Made by a program: the position numbers and the translations under genes. This document shows positions 1 through 7,800 of a DNA stretch of 17,109 nucleotides, one piece after another. This DNA is from Paramicrosporidium saccamoebae KSL3 (Eukaryota; Fungi; Cryptomycota). Positions within the stretch are counted from its first letter, which is position 1, and each line of letters begins with the position of its first letter. Below the pieces are notes generated by a model. The model was not told the origin of the DNA. It worked only from the letters and a program-made list of their open reading frames with translations, and ran no database searches. The stretch covers positions 1 through 17,109 of the forward strand of contig MTSL01000122.1 of NCBI GenBank assembly GCA_002794465.1, read 5' to 3'.

Positions 1-74
1 CGCTCCCGGGTGGGCTCGAACCACCAACCTTACGATTAACAGTCGTACGCGCTAACCGGTTGCGCCACGGAAGC
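1..74 (-). tRNA. tRNA-Asn (anticodon GTT), intronless
   Basis: The reverse complement folds as a cloverleaf: acceptor GCTTCCG/CGGGAGC plus discriminator G (position 1), D arm GCGC-AACCGGTTA-GCGC, anticodon arm TACGA-CTGTTAA-TCGTA (GTT at 38-40) and T loop GGTTCGAGCC. The window starts at the discriminator base, so the Pol III terminator is not visible. Confidence 0.97.
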
Positions 75-149
75 TTCGAGTGGGGAAGGCGCGTATAATA
101 TCTGTTATTTCAAATACAACTCTCGTGACAGCTTGTACCTGGCCTGGCA

Positions 150-3100
150 ATGAAAGGATATCCATGCAACCTGGTACAGAGTGGAAAGATACAGGATGCC
201 TCATTGCATGTCCGTAGACCATTCAAGAAACGTCTCTATGTAATGCCATTCGTCGTTGCTTACAGCTCGTGGGTCTTGCTTGCCGCGTATTTAACAAGTG
301 TGGGTCGCTGGGAGGATTTGTGGTATGCATTACTCGTGGCTATCGCAGGAGTTCATTTTCTGACGGTAATGGCGTGTCAGTGGAGTGTCAACTTTGATGC
401 GTTTGTTACGTGTTACTCTGCGGGATTGGATTATGCCGAAATGATACTGGTGTCGCCACGGGAGCATGGCGGAAAGGCCGCCTTGGCGCCCCTCAACCGT
501 AACGCAGGAGAGATGAACTTTGTGTTCCAACGAATGAAATTTATTTACCGGGAGAACAAGAAATGTTTCAGCAAGCTGGAATATCCTAGCAGTCTTCTTC
601 TTGGCGATTATGACAAGGCCACTGGACTGAATGAGGCGCAGGCTGAGAAGGCAAAGACTTATTTTGGGAAGAATCGTTTTGAGATGCCAATGCCGACGTT
701 TATAGAGTTGTTCAAAGAACACGCAGTGGCGCCTTTTTTCGTCTTCCAAGTCTTTTGCGTGGGATTGTGGTGTCTCGATGAGTTTTGGTACTATTCCGTG
801 TTCACCTTGGTGATGCTGGTAATGTTCGAGTCGACAGTGGTTGGACAGCGTCTGAAGAATATGACAGAATTCCGGGCCATGTCCCTGCCGAATGTTGACG
901 TCAAAGTGAAACGTTCTGGTAAATGGGTGTCGCAAAAGACGGAAGAGCTGCTTCCGGGAGATCTAGTGTTGCTGGAGGGGACGGGCGGAGAGGAGATTAC
1001 GGTGCCTTGTGATTTGGTTCTGATTGATGGAACTTGTATTGTCAATGAGGCCATGATATCGGGCGAATCGACTCCCATGTTGAAAGAGTCTATTAGAGAG
1101 GCGAGACAGGAGGAAGAATTTGAGCGACCTTTGGATCTGGACTTGGACCGCAGTCATTTGCTCTTTGGCGGGACTAAGATTCTGCAAATCACCAAGAATA
1201 CGGAGAATGGATGTGTGGCCTTTGTGATGAGAACTGGCTTTAGCACTCTGCAAGGAAAGCTGGTGAGAACCATGATGTTTACCAGCGAGAGGATGACGGC
1301 CAACAATTTGGAGGCCTTTGCCTTTATTCTGTTTCTGCTCATCTTTGCCCTAGCTGCGGCGGGCTATGTACTCTATTATGCCTGGAATGATCCTACTCGA
1401 AGCAAATTCAAGCTGCTCCTTGAAGGTGCACTGATCATTACTGCCGTAGTCCCTCCAGAGCTGCCGATGGAGCTTTCATTGGCGGTGAACAATTCATTGA
1501 TGGCGCTTAGCAAGTTTGCCATCTTTTGTATGGAGCCCTTCCGCATTCCGTTGGCTGGAAAGTTGGATGTGTGCTGCTTTGACAAGACGGGCACCCTGAC
1601 GGGAGAGAATTTGGTGGTAAAGGGAGTGGCAGGGATTAATGATGACCACGAGGCAGTGTTGTCGGACATTGAGAATATTCCGACAAACACGCACATGGTG
1701 ATTGGCACATGTCATTCGCTGTTCAAGGTTGGAGACAAAGTGGTAGGTGATCCCATGGAAAAGACTGCACTCGCTTTTGCCAAGTGGACAATGTCCTCCA
1801 ATGACACCTTGCAGAACGGAAAACGCACGGCCCGCATCTTGCATCGCTTTCCCTTTTCCTCGGCGCTGAAGCGAATGTCATGTCTGGTGCAGACAGGCTC
1901 ATCTATCATGGTCACATGCAAAGGTGCACCTGAGGTGGTGGAGGCAATGTTGACAAATATTCCTTCATGGTATCGAGAGGCATTTACCCATTTGGCACAC
2001 AGCGGCGCCCGCGTGTTAGCTCTGGCCCACAAGACCCTCCCATCGACATTTTCCAATGAGCAAGCTAAACATTATCAGAGAGAAAAGGCAGAGTCAGGAC
2101 TCACATTTGCAGGATTTCTGATCTTTCATTGTCCCCTCAAGCCCGACAGTAAGGAAGCAGTGCGGGCCCTGAAAGAGTCGCTGCACCACGTGGTTATGAT
2201 TACCGGCGACAATGTGCTCACGGCGGTTCATACGGCCTTTGAGCTGGAGATGGTCCGAAAACCAGTACTGCTGCTGCAAGAGAGTGGGGAGGGGGTTGAG
2301 GCTGGACTTGGAATTGGAGTCGACATTTTTGACCGGCACGATCCAACTGCCGTCCCACCGAAAATATTTCTAACTATGGGAATGGACTTTTCTGGATACG
2401 ATTTGGCAATGACGGGAGGGGCGGTTGATATAATGGCCAAACGCAACCAACAGCTGCTAAAGGAGATTATAACGCGCGTCACTGTGTTTGCACGTGCTTC
2501 TCCGTCGCAAAAGGAACTGATCCTCACTACCTACAAGACCCTGGGCCACACGACGTTGATGTGTGGCGATGGAACAAATGATGTGGGCGCACTGAAGCAG
2601 TCACACGTGGGAGTGGCGTTGCTGGATGGAAAGCCAGAGGATTTGCCCAAGATTATCAAACAGATGCAAACGGTGAATATGAAGAAGCGACAGATTGCAA
2701 TGGAAAAGTCGCGTTTGGCCATGGAGCAGAAATGGGCGGGGAATATTGATGGCGCAGGTAACTTGGATACCCGGCGGAGACAGTTTGAAATACAGAAAAA
2801 GATTGAGGCCATGACGATGAGTTTGGAGGAAGAGGAAGCACCAATGGTGCGACTGGGCGATGCCTCGGTGGCAGCACCATTTACCTCGAAAATTTCCACC
2901 ATCAGTGCCGTGTGCAATTTGGTGCGTCAAGGCAGATGCACATTGGTGACGACGATGCAAATGTACAAGATCCTCGCCCTGAATTCGCTCATCTCTGCCT
3001 ATGGCCTGTCAGTGCTGCATCTCGAGGGCATCCGATATGGCGATTTCCAAGTTACTGTGACCGGAATGCTATTGGCCTCGTGTTTCCTCTTCCTCAGCAA

Positions 3101-3639
3101 AGCTCAGCCCATTGAAAAGTTGGCTGCCAAACGTCCCCAACCGAACATTTTCAATTGGTACGTATTGATGAGCGTCCTACTGCAATTCCTGCTGCATGTG
3201 TCAGTGCTGTATTATGTGGTCAGTGCGGCATCACGGTGGTCATTTAAGATTTGGGTGGATGAGAATACGCGATTTGTGCCCGGCCTGGTGAATACGACTG
3301 TCTACCTGATCTCGCTACTGATGCAAGTTTCCACCTTTGTCGTCAATTATCAGGTATACTTTTATCGACAATGACTCATTCTGTTAGGGACGTCCGTTCA
3401 GAGAGGGATTATTGGAAAATCGGCCATTGAGGAACAGTTTGGCCATGGTCAGCGCCATTGCTGTGGTGGCTGCCAGCGAACTGTATCCCGAATTCAACGA
3501 ATGGCTGCAATTAGTGCCCATGCCGCCGATGGTGCGGATGAAGCTGCTGGGAGCCATGGCAGTGGATTTTGGAGGCTGCCTGCTTATCGAGTACGTGTGT
3601 GAGCGCTTTCTCTTTGACTCTCGGCCCCGCATTCAATGA
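150..3639 (+). CDS. SPF1: P5A-type ATPase (Spf1/ATP13A1 ER transmembrane-helix dislocase), ~1151 aa
   Basis: Motifs: CCFDKTGTLT phosphorylation site, P5A signature VVPPELPMELS, SGES actuator, MITGDN and MCGDGTNDVGAL. Exons are 150-3353 and 3388-3639. Removing the 34-nt intron 3354-3387 (GTATAC...TTAG) restores the conserved NYQ|GRPFRE junction and joins ORF 3412-3639. Confidence 0.95.
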
Positions 3640-3835
3640 ACTATAGACTATGAGCAAGTTACGGTAGTTAAAGCATTGATTAGGAATTCATAAATGTATG
3701 GAATCATTAAGTGTGACATTATTAAATGTGAATTCATAAGCGTGCGGGCTCGCTATTTGGGGACATTAAGAGGGGCATCTATGGTTTATAATTAAATTGG
3801 TCAGCTTTGGTTCATTGTCAAGCTGAAATTCGGAT

Positions 3836-5073
3836 CTAATTAGTATTTGCTTGTATCGGCTTGTAATAGGAAATGCATTCGAGTAGGGATGCCCAGTCGA
3901 TGCTATTTGTGCCATCCTCCAGGTCGATGGGTTCGTCATGGACAATCCAATGGGCAGTGTCAAGCTTCTCTGGGTTACGAGTCACCTTTCCACCACCGGC
4001 AGTAATGAGTAGGGCTAGATCGGATTTTTTTGGCGCTGGTGCCCTAAACGTTCCCTCCAAGTGAAACGAAAGCCCCTCAAATAATCGCGCCCCTGTTGAA
4101 GAAATGGACTTTTCGACTGCATATGTGGCGCCCGCCACTTCATCGCCTGTAATCAGAAATGGCGTTTCATCGACAAACTTGTCGGCTGACAGAGATGCAA
4201 GATACCAATCGTAGCTGACAATTAACAGTCCATCTAGCAGTCCGCGAAGATATTTGACAGTCCGTGGACAGTGCCGTTCGGCGTTGCAATGGCTGATCAG
4301 ATGCGTTACATCTGGCATATGGCGGGATCTAAGAGTGGCCTTTACGTGTCCAATCTTGTCGTGTGAAGACGTAATGATATCCTAAGAAAATTAGTAGATC
4401 ATTATGCCGTTGATACCCTTTGATCCTCGCTCAGCCCAGTACTTAGAAAGACGTATGTCTTTTTCCTGGATCTGGATCCGGATCTATTGTCTGTCCCACT
4501 GGAGTCGTCTCTACTGCCTGTCTTACTGGGTTTCTTACTGGCTGCCTTACTGGCTGTCTTACTGGCTGCCTTACTGGGTGTCATATTGAGTGTCTTTTCA
4601 ATAGGGTTGGGCCTGTTAGCTGCTCTTATGCTGGAAGGTGTCCTTGGCTTCTTTGCGCTATGAACTGTTTCCACTAGTTGCAGCGACGATTTTTTCACAG
4701 GAGTTTTTGCACTGCGAGTCATTTCTACCATTTGCAGTGGTGACTTTCTAACAGGCGTCCTGGGCGTCTCCAATCGCAGCGCCCCCAATTCCGATGCTGG
4801 TGTTTTTACGCTCGGTGACGTTACAACACTGGCGAGCTTTCGGACGCACCCGACAATGGTGCCATACATGGCGTTTCTTCTTAAATTTTTGATTAGGAAG
4901 CGCGTCCCGCACCGAGGACACTGGCGTCCTGTAATGCATCGCCTATTCATCAATGATGGCAGACATTGTTACTGACAAAAGGTGTGCTCGCATTCTCCAA
5001 TAGTATACGGGTTAACTTGCAGACCTGAGCAGACGTGACAGTTCAGGAGGGCGGCAAGACGCGCGAGCGACAT
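3836..5073 (-). CDS. BRCA1/BARD1-like protein: N-terminal C3HC4 RING plus C-terminal tandem BRCT, ~390 aa
   Basis: Exons (minus strand) are 5073-4973, 4942-4417 and 4381-3836. Introns are 4972-4943 (30 nt, GTAACA...ATAG) and 4416-4382 (35 nt, GTATCA...CTACTAA...TTAG). The spliced RING reads CHVC-x12-CEHTFCQRC-x5-CPRC. BRCT1 contains YVFLSTGLSEDQ...VTHLI...RTVKYLRGLLDG...IVSYDW, and BRCT2 contains RLFEGLSFHLEGTF...LITAGGGKV. The total of 1173 nt is in frame. Confidence 0.85.
4521..4580 (-). repeat. Coding 12-nt tandem repeat, 5 copies (xSKx tetrapeptides in the RING-BRCT linker)
   Basis: Plus-strand units are tcttactgggtt / tcttactggctg / ccttactggctg / tcttactggctg / ccttactgggtg, encoding TPSKAASKTASKAASKKPSK. 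Confidence 0.85.
4651..4758 (-). repeat. Coding 54-nt duplication (2 x 18 aa) in the RING-BRCT linker
   Basis: TPVRKSPLQMVEMTRSAK is followed directly by TPVKKSSLQLVETVHSAK. Confidence 0.75.
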
Positions 5074-5118
5074 TTACTGGAGCCAGCCAAGAAGACGAAA
5101 TTTATTATCCGCGGACCA

Positions 5119-5549
5119 ATGATGCTTCGACTATTCCGTTCTTTTTCGACAAGCAGACCGGTGGATGCGGTGCAAAGGCTTTATTTAGGCAATTTATATC
5201 GTCTCACCGGAAGGGTAATCGTTCATAAATGGTTTGTTACGTGTAGCAAGTTCCGGTTGAATATCAGTTCGACCAAGTGGAGACGACGAGCAATGTGGAT
5301 AGTGTGAGTGAAGAGGGCGTGGGTAGAGATTTGAGTGGTGTGAGTAAAGAGAGTGTGGATAGAGATTTGAGCGGGGTGAACAAAGAGAGCACGGAAAAAG
5401 AGGGCATGTACAAAGAAAGTGTTGACAGCCCTGCTACATCTACTATGACAAATGCCGAAATGGCCAAAGTCATTGAATCTACACTGGGACCCACTCAAAT
5501 ATTGGCCAAACCGATAGTAAAGGGACGCAAAAAGAAGGCAGCCAAATAA
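5119..5549 (+). CDS. Small hypothetical protein with a mitochondrial-presequence-like N-terminus, ~132 aa (weak resemblance to ATP synthase subunit h/F6)
   Basis: Exons are 5119-5214 and 5247-5549. The 32-nt intron 5215-5246 (GTAATC...GTAG) joins the two supplied ORFs in frame. The N-terminus MMLRLFRSFSTSRPVDAVQRLYL is Arg/Ser-rich and free of acidic residues up to D16, and the protein ends in the basic tail KGRKKKAAK. The family call is weak. Confidence 0.65.
5304..5400 (+). repeat. Coding 36-nt tandem repeat, about 2.7 copies (VS-E/K-E-x-V-x-RDLSG)
   Basis: Units are gtgagtgaagagggcgtgggtagagatttgagtggt (5304-5339), gtgagtaaagagagtgtggatagagatttgagcggg (5340-5375) and a partial third copy from 5376. 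Confidence 0.8.
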
Positions 5550-5557
5550 AGATGGTA

Positions 5558-5687
5558 TGAGTCAATGTAATCAGGTGATAATGTGACCCATTAGAATCGG
5601 GTTATAGTAGGGAATATTGGATTCTGTATGAGATGACTCACTCTACCAATATCAATCTCATTGTTATTGCAATTGATAGGTGAGTCA
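5558..5687. promoter_or_regulatory. Cluster of three perfect Gcn4/CpcA/AP-1-type sites, TGA(C/G)TCA, upstream of the LysRS gene
   Basis: TGAGTCA at 5558-5564, TGACTCA at 5634-5640 and TGAGTCA at 5681-5687, plus a one-mismatch TGACCCA at 5584-5590. All lie in the 211-bp spacer before ATG 5761. Confidence 0.7.
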
Positions 5688-5721
5688 CAATGCACCCATG
5701 TCAAGATGATTACGACACGGG

Positions 5722-5728
5722 TATAAAA
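5722..5728 (+). promoter_or_regulatory. TATA-box-like element of the LysRS gene
   Basis: TATAAAA lies about 33 nt upstream of ATG 5761 and downstream of the TGASTCA cluster. Confidence 0.5.
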
Positions 5729-5760
5729 GAGCCGGGGATAACGACCTTGACACCACCATA

Positions 5761-7482
5761 ATGAGTAACGTTGAGGAGACTGTACAAGTCGCAGAGGTTG
5801 CAGAAGTCGCAGAGAGTGTATCGAAGCTGTTTCTTGATGAAGCCTCGGGAGAGATGGTCTCCAAGAGCGAATTGAAGCGTCGTGCCAAACACCGCGAGAA
5901 GGATGCGGCCAAGGCTGAGAGACTGGCATCGGCCCCCGCCAGCACCACTCCCGAAGAGCAGTTGGACCCAAACCAGTATTTTGAGATGCGTCTGAATGCA
6001 CTGGCCAAGACCAAGGAGGCGGGCAAGAATCCCTACCCCCACAAGTTCCTTGCCAGCATGACCATTCCTGAATTTGTTGCCAAGTACGCCCATCTCGCCG
6101 AGGGAGAGCATTTGGAGAATGAAGTTGTCTCTGTTGCCGGACGTGTGTATGTCAAGCGCGAGTCGGGTGCCAAGTTGATCTTTTACGACGTGCAGGGAAT
6201 GGGCCAGAAGCTGCAAGTAATGGCACAGGCACAGTACTCGGAGTCGCAGGAAGAATTTACCACCACGCATGACGCCATCTATGCTGGTGATATTGTGGGA
6301 CTAATTGGTTTTCCAGGGCGCAGCAAGAAGGGAGAGCTGTCTATTTTCCCATACGAGACAGTACGACTCAGCGGATGTCTCCGAATGTTGCCCAAGCAGC
6401 ACTTTGGACTCAAGGACCAGGAAGTGCGGTACCGTCGCCGCTATCTCGATCTGATCATGAATAATGATGTCCGTAATCGCTTCATTGCACGCACCAAGAT
6501 TATCAACTACTTGCGCAACTTTTTGAACAATCTTGGGTTCTTGGAAGTTGAGACGCCCATGATGAATATGATTGCTGGAGGAGCCACGGCCAAGCCGTTC
6601 ATCACTCACCACAATGACCTGTCGCTGGATCTGTTCCTCCGTATCGCGCCTGAGCTGTTCCTGAAGCAGCTTGTCATCGGAGGCTTGGAGCGTGTTTATG
6701 AGATTGGACGTCAATTCCGCAACGAAGGAATTGATCTGACCCACAATCCCGAGTTTACCACCTGCGAGTTCTACTGGGCCTATGCCGACTATAACGACCT
6801 GATGAAGGTGACGGAGGATTTCTTCACCGGACTTGCCAAGGAAGTCACAGGAAGCCAGACAGTCATTTACCATCCAAAGGGACGTGAGACTGAGCCGCTG
6901 ACTATTAACTTTGAGGGACCATATAAGCGGATCCCACTCATTGGTGGTCTTGAAGAGGCTCTGAATGTCAAATTCCCCCCGGCTGACCAGCTCGACACTG
7001 AAGAGGCCAACAAGTTCCTCTCGGATCTGTGTGCCAAGCATGGTGTCGAGTGTTCTGCTCCCCGAACCACTGCTCGACTCCTTGACAAGCTTGTGGGCGA
7101 CTTTATCGAGCCCCATTGCATCAACCCCACTTTTATTACTGATCATCCCAAGATTATGTCGCCCCTTGCCAAGGATCATCGTACCATTCCCGGCCTCACT
7201 GAGCGCTTCGAACTCTTTGTTGCTACCAAGGAGCTCGTCAATTCTTACACGGAGCTGAACGATCCCGTGGAGCAGCGACAGCGCTTTGCCGGACAGGCGG
7301 CCGATAAGGCGGCGGGTGATGACGAGGCGCAAGTTTTGGACGAGTCGTTCTGCCAGGCACTCGAGTACGGTCTTCCCCCCACGGCTGGATGGGGTTTGGG
7401 AATTGATCGGTTGACCATGTTCTTGACCGATGCAAACAACATTAAGGAAGTTCTTCTCTTCCCTGCCATGAAGCCCGAATAA
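5761..7482 (+). CDS. KRS1: Cytosolic class II lysyl-tRNA synthetase, 573 aa, intronless
   Basis: Eukaryotic N-terminal extension ([10 protein letters not shown]), OB-fold anticodon domain (VSVAGRV...KLIFYDV), [11 protein letters not shown], motif 1 FLEVETPMM, motif 2 [15 protein letters not shown] and motif 3 [17 protein letters not shown]...[12 protein letters not shown]. Confidence 0.98.
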   Translation: MSNVEETVQVAEVAEVAESVSKLFLDEASGEMVSKSELKRRAKHREKDAAKAERLASAPASTTPEEQLDPNQYFEMRLNALAKTKEAGKNPYPHKFLASMTIPEFVAKYAHLAEGEHLENEVVSVAGRVYVKRESGAKLIFYDVQGMGQKLQVMAQAQYSESQEEFTTTHDAIYAGDIVGLIGFPGRSKKGELSIFPYETVRLSGCLRMLPKQHFGLKDQEVRYRRRYLDLIMNNDVRNRFIARTKIINYLRNFLNNLGFLEVETPMMNMIAGGATAKPFITHHNDLSLDLFLRIAPELFLKQLVIGGLERVYEIGRQFRNEGIDLTHNPEFTTCEFYWAYADYNDLMKVTEDFFTGLAKEVTGSQTVIYHPKGRETEPLTINFEGPYKRIPLIGGLEEALNVKFPPADQLDTEEANKFLSDLCAKHGVECSAPRTTARLLDKLVGDFIEPHCINPTFITDHPKIMSPLAKDHRTIPGLTERFELFVATKELVNSYTELNDPVEQRQRFAGQAADKAAGDDEAQVLDESFCQALEYGLPPTAGWGLGIDRLTMFLTDANNIKEVLLFPAMKPE

Positions 7483-7484
7483 GT

Positions 7485-7544
7485 ATATGTGGGTTAGAGA
7501 AATAATATGTTGGTTAGGGAAATAACATGTGGGTTAGGGAAATA
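7485..7544 (+). repeat. 20-bp minisatellite, 3 copies, containing telomere-like GGTTAG(G/A)G
   Basis: Units are atatgtgggttagagaaata / atatgttggttagggaaata / acatgtgggttagggaaata, starting 3 nt after the LysRS stop codon. Confidence 0.9.
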
Positions 7545-7676
7545 ATATAAAAGTAAACGAGAGAGAATATACAAGTAAACAGGAGAGAATACACGAATAA
7601 ACGAGAGAGAATGCACAAGTAAACGGGAGAGGATACACAGGCAAGCTAGAGATAATATACAAGTAAACGAGAGAGG
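7545..7676 (+). repeat. 22-bp purine-rich minisatellite, 6 copies
   Basis: The consensus is ATAYACAAGTAAACGAGAGAGA. Units start at 7545, 7567, 7589, 7611, 7633 (divergent) and 7655. Confidence 0.9.
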
Positions 7677-7800
7677 ATATATTTACGGATCAGATATAAA
7701 AGGCATTGGCTACAAATCTTTATGAAACAAATGTGACTATAAAAGACGAAAATTAGAATATCTGATCTGAAATATAACACGGAACATGGGATAATAATGT

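Noticed and set aside
3372-3378. TGACTCA as another Gcn4 site (also 10599-10605 and 14290-14296)
   Set aside because: Two fall at the branch-point region of introns and one is in coding sequence. They are isolated and not in promoters.
6301-7332. 343-aa antisense ORF inside the LysRS gene
   Set aside because: It is codon-aligned with a strongly biased, conserved sense gene and has no recognisable domain. This is a typical antisense shadow.
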